Assembly: GCA_014192425.1 (NCBI GenBank)
Contig: BJHK01000020.1
Coordinates: forward strand, 1,068-65,067
Direction of reading: 5' to 3'
Origin: Planctomycetia bacterium
Lineage (GTDB): Bacteria; Planctomycetota; Planctomycetia; Pirellulales; UBA1268
DNA length: 64,000 bases
Shown: piece after piece, positions 19,884-27,764 of the stretch
Numbering within the stretch: position 1 is the first letter of the stretch
Layout: every line of letters starts with the position of its first letter
Notes under the pieces: model-generated
Told to the model about the DNA's origin: nothing
The model's input: the letters and a program-made list of their open reading frames with translations, nothing else
Database searches by the model: none
Position numbers and translations under genes: made by a program

Positions 19884-20962
19884 TTTTGGGCGACGACGCA
19901 CACCTCGCGGCCCCCCGTGGAGAGTTGCCGGGCCCGGGCCGGGAACCCGAGGCCGCGCAGCCGGTCGAGCCAGCTGGAAAGCTCCGCGGCCCGCGACCAG
20001 TCGGGGAGTTTGAACGTGGCGATGATCCCGCGCGGCCGGACGCCCGGAGCGGCCACGATCCGCTCGATCGCCTCCAGCGTGCTCACGGGATCGATGTTCA
20101 TGTCGGAGACGATCCAGTCGAAGCCGCGGTAGCCGCGCAGCTTCACGTCCCGCGACCGCATGCGCCAGTGCGTGAATCGCTCGTGACCGGCGACCCGGGG
20201 ATCGATCGCCGCCGGGTCGATCCCCACCACCTCGAGGCCGGTCTCGAGCAGCCTCTGGCATGAGCCACCGGGGGCGGCACCGATCTCGCAGGCCCGCTGC
20301 CCGGGTTTCAATTCGATGCCAAACGTCGCGATCGCCTCGTCGAGCTTGAGCCAGGCCCGCGACACCTTGTCTTCGGGCAACGACCGCGGATAGAGGCCTC
20401 CCGGCCAGATGCCGGGCGGCGCCGCCGGCCGATGCCAGCCGATCCACCAGCGGTCGGGTGCATCGACGACGCAGTCGAGGACGAGCTGCCCGGGTGTCGC
20501 CGTGGCGGCGAGGTCGGCCGGCAGCCCGCAGGCGGCGAGCAGGTGCCCGCGGATCACGGCCACGTCGACGGCGAGCCGCGGGTCACGGCTCCAGACGTGG
20601 ACGTTTTCCCAGGAGCACTCCCCAGCCCGCGCGATGACCAGCGCCATCCGCTCCGCGTCCGTCGCCGCCGTCACCTGCCCGAACGACCGGATCAGCGATC
20701 GGGCGAAGACGATGTCGGGGGCGAAGTCGTCCGCCGGATCACTGCCCGGCGCCAGCCGGAACGTGACCACGCCGCGCCGCCAGGCGCCGACCGTCGCTCC
20801 GGGAAGAACCGCCGGTAGTCGGGATTTCACCTCTCCCTCGGCGCCCCCCTGGCAGGAGACGAGGAGAAAGTCGCCGCGGGCGGAAGGCGGGCGGCCACGG
20901 GACGGCGAAAGATCCATGACGCAATCATGCCCGGGGCTGAAAACCGGACAAGGCCGGGCCAC
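19859..20962 (-). CDS. rlmM: 23S rRNA (cytidine-2'-O)-methyltransferase RlmM-like (THUMP-like N-domain + FtsJ-type SAM MTase)
   Basis: SRAWLKLDEAIATFGIELKPGQRACEIGAAPGGSCQRLLETGLEVVGIDPA matches the RlmM SAM-binding region. About 367 aa. Start ambiguous (GTG 20962 or ATG 20917). The last 8 codons and the TAA lie in the inverted-repeat arm. Confidence 0.75.
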   Translation of the reverse strand: MARPCPVFSPGHDCVMDLSPSRGRPPSARGDFLLVSCQGGAEGEVKSRLPAVLPGATVGAWRRGVVTFRLAPGSDPADDFAPDIVFARSLIRSFGQVTAATDAERMALVIARAGECSWENVHVWSRDPRLAVDVAVIRGHLLAACGLPADLAATATPGQLVLDCVVDAPDRWWIGWHRPAAPPGIWPGGLYPRSLPEDKVSRAWLKLDEAIATFGIELKPGQRACEIGAAPGGSCQRLLETGLEVVGIDPAAIDPRVAGHERFTHWRMRSRDVKLRGYRGFDWIVSDMNIDPVSTLEAIERIVAAPGVRPRGIIATFKLPDWSRAAELSSWLDRLRGLGFPARARQLSTGGREVCVVAQKVPATKSG

Positions 20963-20984
20963 GATGGGGCCGTTACGGGGCCGC

Positions 20985-21115
20985 GGCCGGGCAAAAAATC
21001 AGGCCGGGCAAAAAATCAGGCCGGGCAAAAATCAGGCCGGGCAAAAAATCAGGCCGGGCAAAAATCAGGCCGGGCAAAAATCAGGCCGGGCAAAAATCAG
21101 GCCGGGCAAAAATCA
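20985..21115. repeat. Tandem repeat, 8 copies of GGCCGGGC-A(5-6)-TCA (units 17,17,16,17,16,16,16,16 nt)
   Basis: Counted directly from the sequence. The units differ only in A-run length. A partial ninth GGCCGG merges into the hairpin at 21116. Confidence 0.95.
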
Positions 21116-21149
21116 GGCCGGCCCGGGCGCCCAAGGGCCCGGGCCGGCC
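21116..21149. terminator. GC-clamp hairpin flanked by T-runs on both strands (bidirectional intrinsic-terminator-like)
   Basis: GGCCGGCCCGGG-CG-CCC-AA-GGG-CCCGGGCCGGCC. Followed by TTTCTCG on the plus strand and TGATTTTTG on the minus strand. Confidence 0.6.
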
Positions 21150-21348
21150 TTTCTCGTCTGAACGTGGACGTCCCGAACTTGCGTCACGCGAGCGCGACGG
21201 TCTCGGAACGAAGGGCAGGCCGTCGAAACGGACTGCAGGCTCCCACGCATGGGAGCCCGGGCGGAGCACACCTTGGCGAAACGTCGTTTCGCCGTGCCGG
21301 AACAACCACGTCGGGCCGAGGCCCTCGATGATCATCCCGACGGATGGC

Positions 21349-21411
21349 TCAGCCGTGGCCCTTCTTCTTCTTGGCGACCTTCTTGGCAGCCTTCTTCTTC
21401 TTCTTGGCCAT
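21349..21411 (-). CDS. 20-aa poly-lysine micro-protein or leader peptide (MAKKKKKAAKKVAKKKKGHG)
   Basis: ATG at 21411 is preceded by GGAAGGAG with 8-nt spacing, the strongest SD I saw in the window. 11 of 20 codons are AAG. Stop is TGA at 21349-21351. It is the C-terminal part of a 70-aa track ORF whose upstream part has no start signal. Confidence 0.5.
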   Translation of the reverse strand: MAKKKKKAAKKVAKKKKGHG

Positions 21412-21580
21412 GGAACTGGCTCCTTCCCGTGAACACCCGGAAAGCATCTCACGGCCGATTCCCCGGGTGTTCCAAGGGGAAGCGACCGACGTTTCTCCAT
21501 CGCGCGAGCTTGATCTCTCATGCCCGATCGACGTCGATGAAAGAGTTGTGAGGGATGACACCGAAAACTGTCAAGAGAAG

Positions 21581-21601
21581 TTCACGAAATTTTTTCGTGA
21601 A
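21581..21601. promoter_or_regulatory. AT-rich perfect palindrome TTCACGAAA-TTT-TTTCGTGAA (candidate operator)
   Basis: 9-3-9 inverted repeat read directly. Sits in the divergent intergenic region between the micro-ORF (minus strand) and the aminotransferase gene (plus strand). Confidence 0.4.
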
Positions 21602-21842
21602 TCCGCGGGTCCGGTCGGCCGGTCGTGCATCCCATCGGCGCGACCGTCACGCGCCGACCCCGTTCGTGATCGCGCGGCATGGTGCGTCGTCAGCGCCGCG
21701 GTGCGCGTGGTATTCTCCCTTCGCTGACCGGTCGCGGATATGATCGCATCCATATGAACGAACCTCGTGGTCCGCCATGTGTGGCGACCGCCGAGGCATG
21801 GTCGACCGGCACGGACAACGCGGGAGGGAGTGGACGGCACCC

Positions 21843-23066
21843 ATGACTGCAACAGGCGAACAGAGGCGGGAGTCGAGGAGCCTGCGAACCGCCCGCCGCA
21901 TGGCGGCCCTCGAGCCGTCGGCCACTCTGGCGATGGCCGCGCGGGCCCAGGCGATGGCGGCGGCCGGCACCGACGTCATCGACCTGTCAGTCGGTGAGCC
22001 GGACTTCCCCACGCCCGAGCACATCTGCCACGCCGCCGAGGCGGCGATCCGGGCCGGCCGCACCAAATACACCCCTGCCGCCGGGATTCCCGACCTGCGC
22101 AAGGCGGTCGCGGCCGACCACGCCCGACGAACCGGCCTGCCGGTGACGGCGGCCCAGGTCGTGATCTCCAACGGCGCCAAGCACTCGCTCCACAACGCCT
22201 TCACCGCGCTGCTCGACGAGGGGGACGAGGTGATCGTCCCGACCCCCTACTGGGTCAGTTACGCAGAACTGATCAAGCTCGCCGGCGCCCGCCCGGTGCT
22301 CATCGAGACCGATATCGGCGACGACTTCAAGCTCCGTCCGGAGGCCCTCCGGGCCGCCCTCACCCCCCGGACGCGGATGCTCCTCCTCTGCTCGCCGAGC
22401 AACCCGACAGGCGTGGTCTATTCGGCCGCGGAACTCGGGGCCCTGGCCGACGTTGCCATCGAGGCCGACCTGGCGGTGATCTCCGACGAGATCTACGACC
22501 AGCTCGTCTATGACGGCCGGCAGTCGGTCTCCTTCCCGACGCTGCGGCCCGGCCTCGCCGACCGCACGGTCGTCGTCGCCGGCGTCAGCAAGACCTATTC
22601 GATGACCGGCTGGCGGATCGGGTGGACGATCTGCCCCGAGCCGCTCGCCAAGGCGATCGGCAACCTGCAGAGCCAGGAGACGAGCAACCCGTGCAGCGTC
22701 AGCCAGCACGCGGCCCTGGCGGCGCTCACCGGCCCGCAGGATTGCGTCGGCTCGATGCTCACCGCCTTCCAGGCCCGGCGCGACCTGGTGGCCGGCCGGC
22801 TGCGGCGCATGCCCGGCGTGCGGATTCCCGACATCGGCGGCGCGTTCTACGCCTTCTTCGACATCCGCGCGCCGCTCGCCACGGCCCGGAGCCGGGGGAT
22901 CGCCACGAGCATGCAGTGGTGCGAGGCGCTCCTGGAGCGGGAGCACGTTGCCCTCGTGGCCGGCAGCGCGTTCGGCGCGGAGGGGCACGTGCGGATGTCG
23001 TTCGCCGCGGCGGAGGCCAAGCTGAACGCCGGTCTCGACCGCATCGAACGGTTCCTCGCCGGCTGA
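21843..23066 (+). CDS. Class I pyridoxal-phosphate aminotransferase (aspartate aminotransferase-like)
   Basis: DLSVGEPDFPTPEHI, NPTGVVYS, SKTYSMTGWRIGW (PLP lysine motif). ATG at 21843 is preceded by GGGAGGGAG. Confidence 0.88.
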   Translation: MTATGEQRRESRSLRTARRMAALEPSATLAMAARAQAMAAAGTDVIDLSVGEPDFPTPEHICHAAEAAIRAGRTKYTPAAGIPDLRKAVAADHARRTGLPVTAAQVVISNGAKHSLHNAFTALLDEGDEVIVPTPYWVSYAELIKLAGARPVLIETDIGDDFKLRPEALRAALTPRTRMLLLCSPSNPTGVVYSAAELGALADVAIEADLAVISDEIYDQLVYDGRQSVSFPTLRPGLADRTVVVAGVSKTYSMTGWRIGWTICPEPLAKAIGNLQSQETSNPCSVSQHAALAALTGPQDCVGSMLTAFQARRDLVAGRLRRMPGVRIPDIGGAFYAFFDIRAPLATARSRGIATSMQWCEALLEREHVALVAGSAFGAEGHVRMSFAAAEAKLNAGLDRIERFLAG

Positions 23067-23101
23067 CCACCGGCCCGACGGCGCCCGGGAGGCCCCCGCG
23101 G

Positions 23102-23785
23102 ATGCGAACCGACGCGATCGGCATCGTGCTGGCCGGCGGCAGGGCCCGGCGGCTGGGCGCCGCTGCACCGCCGGGGGGCAAGGCTGCTGTCCGGTTCCGG
23201 GGGCGGAGCTTCCTCGACATCGTGGTGGCGGCCGTCGCGGCTGAGACAGGCCGCGTGGTCGTCGTCGCCGCGCCGGGCCAAGAACTGCCGCCGCTGCCGC
23301 CCGGCGTGACGGTGGTCCGCGACACCCGCCCGGGGGGCGGGCCGCTGGCGGCGATCCGCGACGGCCTCCACGCCGCGATCCGTCTCGAGCCGCCGGCCGC
23401 GGTCGCCTTCGTCGCCTCGTGCGACCTACCGCTGGTGCGCCGCGCGGTGGTGCGGGCGATCCTCGACCGTCAGCGCATCAACCCGTTGGCATGGGTCGTG
23501 CCGCTCGTCGGAGGCCACCCGCAGCCGCTCGTGTCGGCGCTGCCCCTCGCCAGGCTCGTGCAGGTCGAGGAGCACCTCGCCGGGGAGCGGCACGACCTGC
23601 GCAGCCTGCTGGCGGCGCTCGCCGCCGCAGCGACCGACGCAGTCGAGTTTCTTCCCGGAAAGGATCTGGTGCGCGTCGATCCGGACCTGGAGTCGTTCCG
23701 CGACGTGGATACGGCGGAGGAACTGGCCCGCCTGTCCGACGAGGCCGGCCCGATCGATCCGGCAAACCCGCCTTCTGCCCGCTGA
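23102..23785 (+). CDS. mobA: Molybdenum cofactor guanylyltransferase
   Basis: IVLAGGRARRLG...GGKAAVRFRGRSFLD, GGGPLAAIRDGL and SCDLPLV motifs. About 227 aa. Confidence 0.8.
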   Translation: MRTDAIGIVLAGGRARRLGAAAPPGGKAAVRFRGRSFLDIVVAAVAAETGRVVVVAAPGQELPPLPPGVTVVRDTRPGGGPLAAIRDGLHAAIRLEPPAAVAFVASCDLPLVRRAVVRAILDRQRINPLAWVVPLVGGHPQPLVSALPLARLVQVEEHLAGERHDLRSLLAALAAAATDAVEFLPGKDLVRVDPDLESFRDVDTAEELARLSDEAGPIDPANPPSAR

Positions 23786-23810
23786 AGGGGTCCATCTATA
23801 CTCCGCCCCC

Positions 23811-26800
23811 ATGACGCGGAGACGTTCCCGATACGAGGACGCTGGCCCGAGCCGCCGGCGGCCCCGGCGCTGGGCGGTGTTCTCCCTCGCGTTTCTTGCC
23901 GTCGCGGCGGCGGCCGTCGCCGTGGCGCCGACCGTGGCGGTGCACACCGACCTGCGCGACCGCCCCCTGACCGCGGCGCTGGCGGGCATCGACGGCAGCG
24001 TGTCGAGCGGCGCGGCGATCTGGCGCTGGCGCGGCGGGATCGAATACCGGGACATCGTGCTCCGCGACCGGCAGGGACGGGCCGTGGCGATGGTGCCCCG
24101 GCTCGTCGTCGATCGCGGCCTGCTCGCGCTGGCGGCCGATCCGCACGACCTGGGGACGGTGCGGCTGATCGGCCCCGAGGTGCTGGTGGATGTCCGTGCC
24201 GGCGGCAGTTCGATCGAGGACATCCTGGCACCGTGGCTGGCCGGGGCCGCGGCGCGGCCGGCGCCGGCCTTCGAGATCGAACTCGTGGACGGCGCGGTCG
24301 AGGTGCGCGACACCGTGCGCGGCGAGGCCTGGCGGATCGCAGGGCTGATGGCGGCGGGCAGGTGTCGGCCCGACGCGCCGCTCGCCGGCTGGACGGTGGC
24401 TGGCCGGCTCGTGCGGGCCGCCGCGGGCACGGAGGCGGTCCCGGACTCGAGCCCGCCGCCCGCTGATGCCGAGATCCCGCGACTGGATCGGGGCACGGTC
24501 GCCGCCGGTGCCACGGCGATCCTCGCCAGCGCGGGGGGCTTTTCGTGTGCGGCCCCGGAGGGTGCCGACGGGGGCCGCCGGATCGCGGTCGCCGCCCACC
24601 GGCTGCCGCTCGGCTGGTCTGGCGTGCTGGCAACGCGGCTGGGACTCGCGCACTTCCTCGAGGGCACGGCCGACCTCCGTTGCGACGTCGTCGCCGCCGA
24701 TCTGGAGACCCGGATCGCCGGGTCGCTCGTCGCCGCGGCGGTCACGGCCCGCGATGCCGCCACGGGGCGGGCGGTCGCAACGCTTGAGTCGTGCGACGTC
24801 CCGATCGATTGCTCGTTCGTCGGCGACCGGCTCGTCGTCCGCACGCTCGCGGCCACCTCCCCGCTCTTCCGGGCCGAAGCGTCGGGCCGGATCAGGCTGC
24901 CCCGCGCGGGCTCCTGGGCATGGGCCGACGGCCTCGTCGAGGAAGATTTCGCGGTCGCGGCCGCGATCGACCTCGCCGCGCTGTCGCGGTCGCTTGCCGG
25001 CGGGCTGGCCGTGCGGCCCGATGTCCGCGTCACCGCTGGTCAACTTCACCTCGCGGCCACCTCGCGGCCGGACGGCGACGACCGGGTGCTCGAATTGCGG
25101 CTCGCATCCCGCGATCTGGCCGCCGTGCAGAGCCTCGTCGCCGCTGCTGCGAATGCCGACGCGCCCGGCGCGGTCCGGGAACGCACGCTCCGCTGGAAGG
25201 AGCCGTTCAGCGGCTGGATCCGCGGCCGCCGGGGGCCCGGTCAGGGCGATCGGCTGCGGATCGAGGATGCGCGGCTGACGTCGCGGGCCGCCGAGGTCTC
25301 TCTGGCCGGCGACGCCCAGGCGGCGACGCTCACGTGGACGCTCGACCTCGACGGGCTGGTCGCCGAAGCGGCCGAACTGCTCGACCTGCGCGGGGTACGG
25401 CTGGCCGGAAAGGCCAGCGGCCGCGTGGCGGTCACGCGGGCGGAACCGGCGGCGGCCGCGCTGTTCAAGGCGCAGGGGGTCGCGACGGCGCTGGAGATCA
25501 CCCTGCCCGGGAGGCCGGCCTGGCGGGACGAGGAACTGACGCTCGAGACCGAGGGGGCGGTCGATCTTTCGGGAGCGGCGGCGGTCGTGCACGACGCCCG
25601 ACTGCTCGTCGCTGCGGCCGGCGACCGCCTGCACGCACGGCTCGACGGCGGGGTGCTCGTCGGCATCGACGGCCTGCTCGGCCGGGCCGGCGCCGGCCCG
25701 TGGCTCCGCGCGGTGGCTGGCGCGGAACCGGTCGGCATCGAGTGCGGGCTCGACGGCGATCTCGCCCGCTGGCACGCCCGCCTAGCAGCCTTCCTACCCG
25801 AGGCTGCGGTGAACGGGGTCGACGTCGCGGGAAGCATCGCGGCCTCGGCGACGCTCGCCGCCCGCGGCGAGGCCTGGCAGATGACGCGGGGAGCCTGCGA
25901 ACTCGAGAAGCTCGCCGTCCGCGCGGGCACCGTCGCGATCCGCGAGCCGCGGGTCGTCGCCTCGGCCGCCGGCTTCTACCACCCGCGGGCCAACCGCTTC
26001 GACATCGCGGCCGGTGAGATCCTCTCGACCACGATGTCGTTGCGAACCGGCGGGCTGTCGCTTGCCGTGCCCCGCAGACCGCGGGCCGCGGCGTCGATCG
26101 ACCCGTTCGACATCTGCCGGGGGAAGCTCCAGTATCGCGTCCACGTCGGTCGCCTCGCGGACTGGCTCGCGCCGGCCGATGCCGCCCGGCGTTGGCAGCC
26201 GGGGGGCGACGTCGCCGGCACGGTCGAGATCGCGGATTCGGCGACGGGTGCCAACCTGCTCCTCGATGCAACGGCGACGCAGCTCGTGCTGGCGCTGGCG
26301 GCCGACGGGCAGCCGGGCCGGGAGCCCGCGCCGCCGCAGCCGGTGTGGAGCGAGCCGCGTGGCCGCGTGGTCGTCGAGGTCGCGCGGCCGCGCGAGCCGG
26401 TCGGGATGCCGGGCGATCGGCTGCAGATCGAACGCATCGCCATCGAGTCGGAGACGCTCGCCCTCGCGGCCCGGGGAAGCGTCGAGTCCTCGTCCGGCCG
26501 GCGGCTGGTCGCACTCGAAGGCAGCGCCGGCTACGACTGGGGGCGGATCAGCGGGCTCATCGCCCCCTGGACCCGGGGCACCGTGCGGATCGCGGGGGCG
26601 GTCAATCGGCCGTTCGCGCTGCGGCTGCCGCTCAGCCCACCGGCGGCGAGCGGCGGTGAATCGTCCCCGGGCAGTGACCTGATCCCGCTGCCCGCCGAAT
26701 GGCTCTCCGGCGTCCGCGGCATGGGGACCGAGCCGGTCGACGCCGTCGCACGGATCACCCAGCCGGTGAAGGCGACGCGTCGCGCCAGCGGTGCGGAACG

Positions 26801-27764
26801 GCTGCGTGGCGTCTTCCTCGACACCTCGACTGCCTGGACTGGCGCCGATATCGGTGGCTTTTCGCTGGCTGGCGGCGAAATCACCCTCCGGCTCGTCGAA
26901 GGGCAACTGTCGCTCGGGCCGTTCGACGTCGCCGCGTCCGGCGGGCGCATCCGCGGCGCGCCCTGGCTGCGCATCGGCTCGGATGCCCTCGAGCTCGTCG
27001 TGCCGGCCGGCCGTGTCGTCGACCGGGTGACACTCACCGGGCCGCTCTGCGACCGGTTCACGACATGGCTCTCGCCGCTCCTCGGGCACGCCACCCACGC
27101 CCGCGGCATCGCCAGCATCGACATGGCGGGCGCCCGGCTGCCGCTGGCCGAACCGTTCTCCGGCGAACTGGCCGCACAGGTGATCTTCGACGAGCTGGAG
27201 GTGACGCCGACCGCGGCGCTCGCCCCGCTGGCGAACCTGCTCGTCAGGCTGCGCGCGGCGATCGATCCGCGGTTCGCGGTGGGGGACAAGGCGGTGCTGC
27301 TCCGCGTCCGTCCCCAGCCTGTGCAGGTGCGGATCGCGAACCGCCGGCTCTGGCACGAAGGGCTGGTGATGGACATGGGGGACCTGACAGTCCTCAGCCG
27401 GGGGAGCGTCGGGGCGGACGGGAGCCTGGCGATGGTGGTCGAGGTCGCGCTGCGGGCGGAGATCGCCGCGCAGACGCCGGTCATCGCCCGGCTCCTGCGC
27501 ACGCCGCTGGTGATTCCGCTCGAGGGGACGATCGACCGGCCGCGGTTCGACGCCGGATCGATCGACGTGGTCCTCGGCCGGATCGTCGAGAACACGGCGC
27601 AGGCGGTGATCGGCGAGGGGCTGTCACGCGGCCTGGAGTCGCTGGAGACGCTGTTCGGCAACCCGCCGCCAGGGCCCGGGCTCGCGCTGCCGCCGGCACA
27701 GGCTCCGCAGCCGCAGCAACCGCCTCCCGGCGCTCAACCGCCGCTCGCGTTTCCACCGCGCTGA
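23811..27764 (+). CDS. Large N-terminally membrane-anchored protein, AsmA/TamB-like (tentative)
   Basis: 1317-aa ORF. Basic N-terminus plus TM (WAVFSLAFLAVAAAAVAVA). Long beta-rich Ala/Gly/Val/Arg body. AsmA-like C-terminal segment (..VIPLEGTIDRPRFD..) and a Pro/Gln-rich tail. Confidence 0.6.
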   Translation: MTRRRSRYEDAGPSRRRPRRWAVFSLAFLAVAAAAVAVAPTVAVHTDLRDRPLTAALAGIDGSVSSGAAIWRWRGGIEYRDIVLRDRQGRAVAMVPRLVVDRGLLALAADPHDLGTVRLIGPEVLVDVRAGGSSIEDILAPWLAGAAARPAPAFEIELVDGAVEVRDTVRGEAWRIAGLMAAGRCRPDAPLAGWTVAGRLVRAAAGTEAVPDSSPPPADAEIPRLDRGTVAAGATAILASAGGFSCAAPEGADGGRRIAVAAHRLPLGWSGVLATRLGLAHFLEGTADLRCDVVAADLETRIAGSLVAAAVTARDAATGRAVATLESCDVPIDCSFVGDRLVVRTLAATSPLFRAEASGRIRLPRAGSWAWADGLVEEDFAVAAAIDLAALSRSLAGGLAVRPDVRVTAGQLHLAATSRPDGDDRVLELRLASRDLAAVQSLVAAAANADAPGAVRERTLRWKEPFSGWIRGRRGPGQGDRLRIEDARLTSRAAEVSLAGDAQAATLTWTLDLDGLVAEAAELLDLRGVRLAGKASGRVAVTRAEPAAAALFKAQGVATALEITLPGRPAWRDEELTLETEGAVDLSGAAAVVHDARLLVAAAGDRLHARLDGGVLVGIDGLLGRAGAGPWLRAVAGAEPVGIECGLDGDLARWHARLAAFLPEAAVNGVDVAGSIAASATLAARGEAWQMTRGACELEKLAVRAGTVAIREPRVVASAAGFYHPRANRFDIAAGEILSTTMSLRTGGLSLAVPRRPRAAASIDPFDICRGKLQYRVHVGRLADWLAPADAARRWQPGGDVAGTVEIADSATGANLLLDATATQLVLALAADGQPGREPAPPQPVWSEPRGRVVVEVARPREPVGMPGDRLQIERIAIESETLALAARGSVESSSGRRLVALEGSAGYDWGRISGLIAPWTRGTVRIAGAVNRPFALRLPLSPPAASGGESSPGSDLIPLPAEWLSGVRGMGTEPVDAVARITQPVKATRRASGAERLRGVFLDTSTAWTGADIGGFSLAGGEITLRLVEGQLSLGPFDVAASGGRIRGAPWLRIGSDALELVVPAGRVVDRVTLTGPLCDRFTTWLSPLLGHATHARGIASIDMAGARLPLAEPFSGELAAQVIFDELEVTPTAALAPLANLLVRLRAAIDPRFAVGDKAVLLRVRPQPVQVRIANRRLWHEGLVMDMGDLTVLSRGSVGADGSLAMVVEVALRAEIAAQTPVIARLLRTPLVIPLEGTIDRPRFDAGSIDVVLGRIVENTAQAVIGEGLSRGLESLETLFGNPPPGPGLALPPAQAPQPQQPPPGAQPPLAFPPR

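Noticed and set aside
20985-21115. Possible CRISPR array, or a CsrB/RsmZ-like sponge RNA for the CsrA encoded in this window
   Set aside because: The units are contiguous with no unique spacers, so this is not a CRISPR array. The units contain AGG but no GGA core in a loop context and cannot form unit hairpins, so a CsrA sponge is unsupported.
21349-21561. 70-aa ORF from the six-frame track
   Set aside because: The N-terminal 50 codons have no SD and a Ser/Thr/Gly-rich, non-protein-like sequence. The internal ATG at 21411 with a strong GGAAGGAG SD is the more defensible start.
23426-25775. 535-aa and 659-aa minus-strand ORFs inside the AsmA-like gene
   Set aside because: They have shadow-ORF composition, no start signals and no motifs.
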